64,000 nt of DNA from Vicinamibacterales bacterium (lineage in GTDB: Bacteria; Acidobacteriota; Vicinamibacteria; Vicinamibacterales; UBA2999): the NCBI GenBank assembly GCA_036742665.1, contig DAINQP010000004.1:382-64381 (forward strand), read 5' to 3'. Every line of letters starts with the position of its first letter. Within the stretch, counting starts at the first letter, position 1. Below are positions 1 to 7,866 of the stretch, one piece after another. The position numbers were made by a program, and so were the translations under genes. The notes beneath the pieces were generated by a model. It was not told where the DNA came from. It did no database searches and saw only the letters and a program-made list of their open reading frames with translations.

Positions 1-1258
1 CGCGCCGGTGGTATCGCGCCACCAGCGCGATCACTTCAATCTCATCTGGATGAAAGCCGCGGAGATCGCCGTTCTTGATCAGGTAGTACGAGTGACGATT
101 GTGACGCGCGTAGCTGATCAGTCCGCCGATGTCGTGGAGCAGCGCGGCATATTCGAGCCATTCGCGTTCACGATCCGTCAGCCCGTGCACGGCCCGGCTT
201 TGGTCAAAGAGGGCGAGAGCCAGGCGAATCACCTGCTGAGAATGCTCGGCGTAGTAGTTGCAACGTTCGGCTAATTCGACGGCGCTGCGGCGGCGGACAT
301 CAGGGATCTTGTCCACCTGAGCGATCTGCCGACGGTTGCGGCGGATGTAGTCGAGGACGAGCCCTTCTCGCAGCGCCAGGTCGCAGAGCGTCAGTTCCTC
401 TGCGCCGAGACGACGAAGGATGGTGTCGAGCAGAACGGCACCGGCGACGACGAGATCGGCGCGACGCGGATCGAGGCCTGGCACGGTCAGACGCTGTGCG
501 GGATTGAGCGCAACGATCTCCTTGCGCAAGCGGCGGATCTGCTTCGCCGAGACGCGCAGGTTGCGGAGTTCGGCGGGCGTCGTGCCGCGGGCGGCCGTCG
601 TCGCCACTGCGCCCAGGCTGAGGATCGTACCGGAGGTGCCGATCACGCGATCGAAGCCGATTGCCGTGATCTGGTCGCAGTGACGGCCGATCTCCGAGAG
701 GATGTGTTTGGTGAGCTTGCGCTCGTCGCGGCCCGAGAGAGGATCACTTTGGACGAAGCGTTCGGTGAGCCGGATCACGCCAATCTTGAAGCTGCGCGCG
801 GCCTGAATGGCCGTCGCGTTCCCCAACGTGATTTCGGTGCTGCCGCCGCCGACGTCGATGACCACCGCCCGCCCGTTCCCGACGTCCACGCCATACACCG
901 CCGCCTGATGGATCAATCGAGCTTCTTCGGTTCCCGTGATGACACGGGGCCGGATGCCCGTTTCGCGCTCGATGCGCGCCAGGAACTCTCCGCCATTGCG
1001 CGCTTCGCGCGTCGCACTGGTAGCGGCGGCGAGAATTTCATCGACGCGATGCGATTCGGCGAGCCGCTTGAACTTGGAGAGCGCTTGCAGCGCCGCATTC
1101 ATCGCCTCGGTGGTCAGCGCCTTACCGTCAAGGCCCCCGGCGCCGAGCCGCACCATCACTTTCTCGCGATCGATGACCTCGAACGAGAGATCCGAGCGCA
1201 CTCTCACGACGATCATGTGGACGGAGTTGGTACCGATGTCGATGGCGGCAATGCGCAT
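1..1258 (-). CDS. ppx: Ppx/GppA-family exopolyphosphatase (3' end runs off the window; absent from the ORF track because no stop lies in the window)
   Basis: Manual reverse translation from the ATG at 1258 gives MRIAAIDIGTNSVHMIVVRV... (DIGTNS ASKHA motif). It stays open to position 1 and contains the C-terminal HD-type motif AALLHDIGGLISY. The + strand ORFs at 420-1306 are Arg-rich shadows. Confidence 0.85.
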   Translation of the reverse strand, partial: MRIAAIDIGTNSVHMIVVRVRSDLSFEVIDREKVMVRLGAGGLDGKALTTEAMNAALQALSKFKRLAESHRVDEILAAATSATREARNGGEFLARIERETGIRPRVITGTEEARLIHQAAVYGVDVGNGRAVVIDVGGGSTEITLGNATAIQAARSFKIGVIRLTERFVQSDPLSGRDERKLTKHILSEIGRHCDQITAIGFDRVIGTSGTILSLGAVATTAARGTTPAELRNLRVSAKQIRRLRKEIVALNPAQRLTVPGLDPRRADLVVAGAVLLDTILRRLGAEELTLCDLALREGLVLDYIRRNRRQIAQVDKIPDVRRRSAVELAERCNYYAEHSQQVIRLALALFDQSRAVHGLTDREREWLEYAALLHDIGGLISYARHNRHSYYLIKNGDLRGFHPDEIEVIALVARYHRR

Positions 1259-1302
1259 GGTGTGAGTCCGACTTATAGTAGGTCGAGTTGCGTGAGTCCG
1301 TC

Positions 1303-2190
1303 ATGAAGCGCACGAATCCCTCAGAGTTGATCATCCGCCAGCGTGTGGCCGCGCTGAGCCGGACGCTTCCGGGGGCGCGGAAGGGTAACGTGCAAGCGGT
1401 CCATCAGGCGCGCGTGGCGACGCGACGCATCCGTGAGGCCCTGCCGTTGGTGGCCCGTGGCCGAACTGGCAAATCGCTCAAAAAATCGGTGCGAAGGTTG
1501 ACCCGCGCGCTGGGCCCGGTGCGCGAACTCGATGTCGCGCTGATGAACCTCGACCAGCTCCGCAACGCCGGCGACGTCTCCGAAGCGGCCATTGCCCGTC
1601 TGCGCGAGATGATCACTGAGGAACGGCAGCGTCTTGGCGCGGAAATGGTGCGTCTCATCTCGCACTATAACCTTCCCAAATTTCAAAAGAAGGCCGTTGA
1701 CGCGGCGGCTCGCGGTCCCGAGCCGAGCGGCACGCGCGACCCGCGCCGTATCGCCGCCGCCTTCAGTCGGGCGGCGCGCCGCGCCGAAGGACTACGCGCC
1801 GCGATGGAGAATGCCGCCGGCATCTATCTACCCGACCGCCTCCATCAAGTGCGGATTGCGGTGAAGAAGATGCGCTACGCGCTCGAGATCGCGCAGGATC
1901 TCAGCGGATCGCGCGCCATCGCGCGCATCAGGACGATGAAGCGCGTGCAGGATCTCCTCGGACGGATGCACGATCTCGAGATGCTCATCGCTCGCACGAG
2001 AGCCATTCAGGGCCACGCCGGCGCGCCGAGTTTGGACCTCTCGGCCGACCTCGATCGGCTGGTGCGGCGGTTGGAGAACGAGTGCCGGCGGTTACACGCG
2101 CGTTACATGAACGAGAGGCAGGCGTTACTCCGAATCTGCGATTATGTCAGCGCGCGCGAGGCACGCATCGGCAACGCTTCGGCAGCGTAA
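1303..2190 (+). CDS. CHAD domain protein (polyphosphate-granule associated family)
   Basis: Repeated CHAD-type helices VHQARVATRRIREAL and LHQVRIAVKKMRYALE. Divergent from ppx. The ATG at 1303 is preferred over the TTG at 1288 used in the track. Confidence 0.75.
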   Translation: MKRTNPSELIIRQRVAALSRTLPGARKGNVQAVHQARVATRRIREALPLVARGRTGKSLKKSVRRLTRALGPVRELDVALMNLDQLRNAGDVSEAAIARLREMITEERQRLGAEMVRLISHYNLPKFQKKAVDAAARGPEPSGTRDPRRIAAAFSRAARRAEGLRAAMENAAGIYLPDRLHQVRIAVKKMRYALEIAQDLSGSRAIARIRTMKRVQDLLGRMHDLEMLIARTRAIQGHAGAPSLDLSADLDRLVRRLENECRRLHARYMNERQALLRICDYVSAREARIGNASAA

Positions 2191-2222
2191 CGTTCTGATC
2201 CGCATTTCAACATCAGGCCTTC

Positions 2223-2726
2223 ATGCCGCCATCTGAGATTTATCTTGTGCGCCACGCCATCGCTGCCGAGCGCGGCGATGACTGGCCTGACGACGCCAAA
2301 CGACCGCTGACGGAACAGGGCATCAGCAAATTCAAGGAAGCCGTTGGCGGGCTGAAAGCACTCGACGGCATCATCGAGGAGATCTTCACGAGCCCGCTGG
2401 TCCGCGCCCGCCAGACCGCCGATCTGCTCGCTGCCGGTGTCCGGGGCCGTCCCACGGTGAAGCTGCTCGATGCGCTCGCACCTGGTCATCCGCCCGCCAC
2501 GGTGATGGCACAGCTCGCGAAATCTTCGAAACGGCGCTGCATCGCTCTGGTCGGGCACGAACCGGATCTCGGCGAGCTTGCCGCGCACTTGATTGGCGCT
2601 CGGCGGGCGCTGCCGTTCAAGAAAGGCGGCATCTGCCGGATCGACCTGGCCAGCCTCTCGACCAAAGCGGCCGGCACCCTCGTTTGGTTCGTGACGCCGA
2701 AGATTCTGCGTAAACTCGCTTCGTGA
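2223..2726 (+). CDS. sixA: SixA-type phosphohistidine phosphatase (histidine phosphatase superfamily)
   Basis: ~165 aa. N-terminal LVRHAIA (RHG-type motif), SPLVRARQTA, and a C-terminal VGHEPDLG...FKKGG pattern typical of SixA. Confidence 0.65.
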   Translation: MPPSEIYLVRHAIAAERGDDWPDDAKRPLTEQGISKFKEAVGGLKALDGIIEEIFTSPLVRARQTADLLAAGVRGRPTVKLLDALAPGHPPATVMAQLAKSSKRRCIALVGHEPDLGELAAHLIGARRALPFKKGGICRIDLASLSTKAAGTLVWFVTPKILRKLAS

Positions 2727-3628
2727 GTGAGCGGGTCGCCGTCATCATCAACCCAATCTCCGGCGCAGGGCGCCGGCCTGATGTAGCTCGACAGCGTGCC
2801 GAGCTCGCCGCCGCGTTTCTGCACCGACGCGGAGTGGACGGGGAAGTGTTCGTCACCGAGCGCGGCGGACACGCGCGAGAGCTCGCCTTCTCGGCACTCG
2901 GCCGTGGCGGCTCGCTCTGTATCGCGTGGGGCGGCGACGGCACTATCAACGAAATCGCGTCCACACTCGCGTTCACCGGTGCATCACTCGGGATCATCCC
3001 GAGCGGATCCGGCAACGGGTTCTCGCGTGAGCTGAACATTCCGTTCGATGCGCATGCGGCATTCGAGATCGCGCTCGGCGGACACGACCGAGTGATCGAT
3101 GCTGGAGAGATCGAGGGCCGGCTCTTCTTCAATCTCGCCGGCGTCGGTCTCGACGCGCGGATCGCGCACCAGTTCGCGGCGACCGGTCTCGTCCGCCGCG
3201 GCTTCCGACGCTACCTCGAGATTGCGAGCAACGAGATCTTCACACGCGCGAAGCACGAGTACGCGATCACGGTGGATGGCAATTTGCGAAGATCGCACGT
3301 GCTGCTCGTCGCGATCGCCAATGGACGTCAGTACGGCAACGGCGCGCTCATCGCGCCGGCAGCACGAATCGACGACGGCAAGCTCGATGTGGTGATCGTG
3401 GACGACCGTTCACCGTGGGCCGTGATCCGGCATGCGCCGAAACTCTTTCGCGGCCGGCTAGCTGACGTGCCTGGCGTGACGATGTCGTCGGCGAACCGCA
3501 TCGACATCACCGCGAATGAGCCGCTGATTTACCACGTCGATGGCGAGCCCTGTGCCGGGGGCCTGACGGTATCCGCCCGCATCAGACCAGCTGCACTCCG
3601 CGTTCGGGTAAGCAGCCTATGTGCCTGA
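2723..3628 (+). CDS. Diacylglycerol/lipid kinase family protein (YegS/BmrU-like)
   Basis: The start overlaps the sixA stop by 4 nt. AVIINPISGAG near the N-terminus and the AWGGDGTINE catalytic motif. Confidence 0.8.
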   Translation: MSERVAVIINPISGAGRRPDVARQRAELAAAFLHRRGVDGEVFVTERGGHARELAFSALGRGGSLCIAWGGDGTINEIASTLAFTGASLGIIPSGSGNGFSRELNIPFDAHAAFEIALGGHDRVIDAGEIEGRLFFNLAGVGLDARIAHQFAATGLVRRGFRRYLEIASNEIFTRAKHEYAITVDGNLRRSHVLLVAIANGRQYGNGALIAPAARIDDGKLDVVIVDDRSPWAVIRHAPKLFRGRLADVPGVTMSSANRIDITANEPLIYHVDGEPCAGGLTVSARIRPAALRVRVSSLCA

Positions 3629-3690
3629 ATCGCATCGATTAGCACGGTCACAGAAGATTTACACAACGTTTACAGGCGAGACGTTCATGC

Positions 3691-3714
3691 GGAGGTATAG
3701 ATCGTTCTATCTCC
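3691..3714 (+). promoter_or_regulatory. Hairpin pairing an SD-like GGAGG with the CTCC immediately 5' of the 3715 start codon
   Basis: GGAG-GT-ATAGA tcgt TCTAT-CTCC, ending 1 nt before the ATG at 3715. Confidence 0.3.
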
Positions 3715-3924
3715 ATGTACAAACGAACTTTCCGGAAGGCGGATCAGACACATCGCTTCGTTATCACCAACACCGATGGCTTCGGATGGGAGGTCCGCGA
3801 AGAGGAGGACAGCCAGGTGATTTCGAGAGTGCGCTATACCGACTGGCATCGCGTCGAGCGCGCCCGAATGAACTTCGCGGCACACGCGATCAATCTTGAA
3901 ATGTCGGGTTGGAAAGAATCCTGA
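3715..3924 (+). CDS. Small hypothetical protein (69 aa)
   Basis: Only non-shadow ORF in the 330-bp gap. GC3-biased codons and no recognisable motif. Confidence 0.3.
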   Translation: MYKRTFRKADQTHRFVITNTDGFGWEVREEEDSQVISRVRYTDWHRVERARMNFAAHAINLEMSGWKES

Positions 3925-3960
3925 AGATGTGGCGCGCACGCATTCGCGTGCGCGCTCTGG

Positions 3961-4725
3961 TTACTCCACGAACCGGTAGCCTAAACCCACCACCGTCTCG
4001 ATTTGACGGCCTGCGTTCCCGAGCTTGGCGCGCAAGCGGCCGACGTGCACGTCCACTGATCGGGTTTCGACCAGCCGATCGTAGCCCCACACGCGTTCGA
4101 GCAGACGGTCTCGCGACAGCACGCGATTTTTGTTTTCTACGAGGTAACGCAGCAGCTCGAATTCCCGCCGCGTCAGTCGCACGGGTTCGTTATCGACACT
4201 GACGGCCACCGCATCGAAATCGGCGACCAGATGCTTGCCGCGATAGACGAACGCCTCGGTCGTCGAGTGGCCATTCCCCGGTCCCACGTCACCACGGCGC
4301 AACACCGCACGCACCCGTGCGGCGAGCTCCCGCAGACTGAACGGCTTGGTGATGTAGTCGTCGGCGCCGACGTCGAGTCCGATCACGCGATCGCTTTCGC
4401 TGCTACGCGCCGTCAGCATGATGATCGGCACGCGTGCCGTACTCGCGCGGGCGCGAAGGATCCGGCAGACCTCGAGTCCGCTCAGCACCGGAAGATTGAG
4501 ATCGAGCACGATCAGATCCGGCGTGCGCTCGTTGACCGCCTTCAGCGCCTCGTCGCCGGTTCCGACAATATCGACATCGATATCGCCGCCTCTTTCGAGG
4601 CTGTGCTTGATCAGCCCGGCAATGTCCTGCTCGTCATCGACGACCAGTACTTGCGTGCGCGCAGTGGCGCCGACGCGCTTCATGCCCGGGTCGTTGATGC
4701 GTGTCGTATCCGAGATGTGTGGCAC
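3961..4725 (-). CDS. OmpR-family response regulator (receiver + winged helix), with no adjacent kinase
   Basis: VLVVDDEQDI...DLIVLDLNLP...GADDYITKPF receiver motifs and a C-terminal LTRREFELL...VDVHVGRLRAKL winged helix. GTG at 4725 is preceded by GGAG; the ATG at 4683 is an alternative start. Confidence 0.85.
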   Translation of the reverse strand: MPHISDTTRINDPGMKRVGATARTQVLVVDDEQDIAGLIKHSLERGGDIDVDIVGTGDEALKAVNERTPDLIVLDLNLPVLSGLEVCRILRARASTARVPIIMLTARSSESDRVIGLDVGADDYITKPFSLRELAARVRAVLRRGDVGPGNGHSTTEAFVYRGKHLVADFDAVAVSVDNEPVRLTRREFELLRYLVENKNRVLSRDRLLERVWGYDRLVETRSVDVHVGRLRAKLGNAGRQIETVVGLGYRFVE

Positions 4726-4877
4726 CCGTACTCCGTGTTCATGGGAGGTTGACCTGTGTACGGTAGAAAACAGGGATTTCTGCGCCGTGACGCGGGAGTT
4801 AAATCTGGGTTACGGACCCGCCTATGCTTCGATCGGCAGCAGAACTCAAGCCCGGCCGGGTTTGGTAGTATCCACGG

Positions 4878-7355
4878 GTGACCACCAACCTCCAGGATGA
4901 GACCTCACCGCCAGCAGTCAGCGCCGAGGCGGCCCAGCGCTGGCTCCCGGCGCTCTTGCTGCTGTTTGTCGGATCGGGCTGCGCCGCCCTCATATACGAA
5001 GTCGTCTGGTTTCAGCTCCTCCAACTCTCTATTGGATCGTCAGCGGTTTCTCTCGGCGTGCTGCTGGGAATTTACATGGGCGGCATGTGCCTCGGCAGCC
5101 TGCTGCTGCCGAAGTATCTGAACCGCCGGAACCACCCGCTGCGCGTCTACGCCCTGCTCGAGCTCGGCATCGCCGTCTTCGGCATCATCGTCCTCTTCGC
5201 CGTGCCAATCGTCGGGCGTATTTACACCAGCATCGCTGGGACGGGGCAGATCTCGCTGGTGCTCCGTGCGATCGTCGCGGCGATCTGTCTGCTTCCGCCG
5301 ACGCTGCTGATGGGCGCGACGCTGCCGGCCATTGCGCGCTGGGTCGAGACGACGCCGAAAGGCGTGTCGTGGCTGGGGTACTTCTATGGCGGCAATCTCG
5401 CCGGCGCCGTGGCCGGCAGTCTGCTGGCCGGCTTCTACCTGCTGCGTGTGTTCGACATGCCGACGGCGACCGGCGTCGCGGTTGCGCTCAACGTCGTGGT
5501 CGCGCTGCTCGCGCTGCTGGTTGCGTCTCGCACGCCGCACACGGTGATTACCGCAGCACCCGGCGATACGCAGGTGGCCGCATCATCGACTCTGGAGGTT
5601 TCGAGGCTCGTCTACATCGCCATTGCACTGTCGGGCCTCACCGCGCTCGGATCGGAAGTCGTCTGGACGCGCGTGCTCTCGCTCCTGTTCGGCGCCACGA
5701 CGTACACGTTCTCACTGATCCTGGCGGTGTTCCTCGTCGGCTTGGGTATCGGCAGTAGTCTCGGCTCGTCGATGGCGCGCAACTTGAAGAATCCGCGCAT
5801 CGCGCTCGGATGGTGTCAGCTCGCGTTATGCGCATGCCTGGCGTGGGCCGCCTATACGACCAGTGCATCGTTGCCGTACTGGCCGATCAATCCGTCGATT
5901 TCGACCTCGCTCTCGTACAACTTTCAACTCGATCTGATGCGCGCGATCTGGGTGATGCTGCCCGGCGCGATCCTCTGGGGCGCAAGCTTCCCGCTCGCGC
6001 TGGCCGCTGTGGCGACGCCCGGGCAGGACTCGGCTCGTCTCGTCGGCGGTGTCTATGCGGCCAACACGGTGGGCGCGATCATCGGCGCGACGCTCATCAG
6101 CCTCGTGCTGGTCGGAACTGTCGGCAGTCAGAAGACGCAGCAGGTGCTCATCGGCATCGCAGCGATGTCGGCGCTGTTGATGCTCATGCCGGCCGTGGGC
6201 GAGACGCGGAAACCGCTGACGTCCACGCCTGTCGTCGTGATTGGTATCGCGCTGATCGCAGGTCTGCTGGCGCGTTCAGTACCGCCGATCCCGTGGCTGC
6301 TCGTTGCCTACGGCCGCTACTCTGCGACGTGGGTCGGCCAGAACGAGATGGTGTACGTCGGCGAAGGCGTGACGGCGTCGGTCGCCGTCACGCGCACTCC
6401 GACCGGCGTCCTCAACTACCACAATGCCGGGAAGGTGCAGGCCTCGAGTGAGCCGCAGGACATGCGGCTGCAGCGCATGCTCGGCCATCTCACGACCCTC
6501 GTGCCGAAGAACCCGAACAAGGTACTGGTGATCGGCTGCGGCGCTGGCGTTACAGCCGGCGCGGTCTCGATCGATCCGATGGTGAAGGATCAGACGATTG
6601 CCGAGATCGAGCCGCTCGTCCCGCGCGTGGTCTCCACCCATTTCGCTCAGCACAACTTCAACGTCGTGGCGAACCCGAAGGTGAAGGTGCATCTCGACGA
6701 CGCACGGCATTACCTGCTGACGACGAATGAGAAGTTCGACGCGATTACGTCCGACCCGCTCGACCCATGGGTCAAGGGTGCGGCGACGCTCTACACGCGC
6801 GAGTTCTTCGACGTGGTGAAGTCGCATCTGAATCCGGGCGGCGTCGTCACGCTCTTCGTGCAGTTGTACGAGAGCAGCGAGGCGGCGGTGAAGAGCGAGA
6901 TCGGCACGTTCCTCGAGGCGTTCCCCAACGGCGCCGTGTTCGCGAACACCGTGAATGGCCAGGGCTACGACCTGGTGCTGTTCGGCCAGCTCGAAAACGG
7001 CAAGATCAACGTGGACACCGTGCAGGCGCGGTTGTCGGATCCGGCGAATGCCGCGGTCGCGAAGTCACTGGGCGAAGTCGGCATCAATTCCGCGGTCGAT
7101 CTGTTCGGCACGTATGCAGGCCGCCGCGGTGATATGAAGGCCTGGTTGGGCGACGCGCAGATCAACACCGACCGCAACCTGAAGCTGCAGTATCTGGCCG
7201 GCCTGGGGCTCAACCTGTATCAGAGCGACGCGATCTACAAGGCGATGATCCGCGACGCGAAGTATCCACCGGACCTGTTCGAAGGCAGTCCGGAGACGCT
7301 CGCAGCGCTGAAGGCGAAGATCGACGCATCGCTGTCTGGTGTGTCGTCCTTCTAA
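4878..7355 (+). CDS. Fused polytopic membrane domain / spermidine-synthase-like aminopropyltransferase
   Basis: ~480 aa of hydrophobic helices followed by VLVIGCGAGVTAG (SAM-type fold) and DAITSDPLDPW. Confidence 0.75.
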   Translation: MTTNLQDETSPPAVSAEAAQRWLPALLLLFVGSGCAALIYEVVWFQLLQLSIGSSAVSLGVLLGIYMGGMCLGSLLLPKYLNRRNHPLRVYALLELGIAVFGIIVLFAVPIVGRIYTSIAGTGQISLVLRAIVAAICLLPPTLLMGATLPAIARWVETTPKGVSWLGYFYGGNLAGAVAGSLLAGFYLLRVFDMPTATGVAVALNVVVALLALLVASRTPHTVITAAPGDTQVAASSTLEVSRLVYIAIALSGLTALGSEVVWTRVLSLLFGATTYTFSLILAVFLVGLGIGSSLGSSMARNLKNPRIALGWCQLALCACLAWAAYTTSASLPYWPINPSISTSLSYNFQLDLMRAIWVMLPGAILWGASFPLALAAVATPGQDSARLVGGVYAANTVGAIIGATLISLVLVGTVGSQKTQQVLIGIAAMSALLMLMPAVGETRKPLTSTPVVVIGIALIAGLLARSVPPIPWLLVAYGRYSATWVGQNEMVYVGEGVTASVAVTRTPTGVLNYHNAGKVQASSEPQDMRLQRMLGHLTTLVPKNPNKVLVIGCGAGVTAGAVSIDPMVKDQTIAEIEPLVPRVVSTHFAQHNFNVVANPKVKVHLDDARHYLLTTNEKFDAITSDPLDPWVKGAATLYTREFFDVVKSHLNPGGVVTLFVQLYESSEAAVKSEIGTFLEAFPNGAVFANTVNGQGYDLVLFGQLENGKINVDTVQARLSDPANAAVAKSLGEVGINSAVDLFGTYAGRRGDMKAWLGDAQINTDRNLKLQYLAGLGLNLYQSDAIYKAMIRDAKYPPDLFEGSPETLAALKAKIDASLSGVSSF

Positions 7356-7357
7356 GT

Positions 7358-7405
7358 CAATTCCCAAATCCAACTACCAACGTCCAACCACGGGATTGGG
7401 AATTG
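7358..7405. repeat. Imperfect hairpin built from TTGGGAA-type heptamer repeat sequence
   Basis: CAATTCCCAAATCC ...20 nt... GGGATTGGGAATTG: 10 bp, a bulge, then 3 bp. It starts 3 nt after the stop at 7355. Confidence 0.5.
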
Positions 7406-7493
7406 GAAGTTTCCCATAGATAATCTTCTGAACAAAGTGTATAGATGCCACGTATGACCTATTTTGACGTGATTTACATGCATAGATCATCAT

Positions 7494-7862
7494 GTGGAAC
7501 GAGGAGTTGCCGTGCCACGGGGTGAGTCGCCGTTGCAGAGCGAGACGCCTCAGGGCACGCTCGACATGCTCGTCCTTCGGGTCCTGGTCATGGGCCCGGC
7601 GCACGGCCACACCATTGCGCACGCCATCGAGCGAGGCTCAGAAGACGTGCTGCAGATCGAGCACGGCTCTTTGTATCCCGCCCTTCACCGCCTGGAAAAC
7701 CGCGGCTGGATCACGTCGTTCTGGGGCACGTCCGACAACAACCGCAAAGCGAAGTACTACCGGCTGACGCCGACTGGTCGCAAACAACTCGCGGCACAGA
7801 CAACCCGATGGGAAGAGATCGTTCGCGCCATCGGCAGGATCCTCAAGCCATCAACGGAGTAA
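7494..7862 (+). CDS. PadR-family transcriptional regulator
   Basis: [18 protein letters not shown]...[16 protein letters not shown]...[13 protein letters not shown] at 7512 preceded by GAGGAG is an alternative start. Confidence 0.85.
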   Translation: MERGVAVPRGESPLQSETPQGTLDMLVLRVLVMGPAHGHTIAHAIERGSEDVLQIEHGSLYPALHRLENRGWITSFWGTSDNNRKAKYYRLTPTGRKQLAAQTTRWEEIVRAIGRILKPSTE

Positions 7863-7866
7863 GCCA

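Noticed and set aside
420-1306. Plus-strand ORFs (87, 208 and 109 aa) covering the first 1.3 kb
   Set aside because: They are Arg/Ala/Ser-rich with no motifs. The opposite strand reads as a continuous Ppx/GppA protein with DIGTNS and LHDIG motifs, so these are antisense shadows typical of high-GC DNA.
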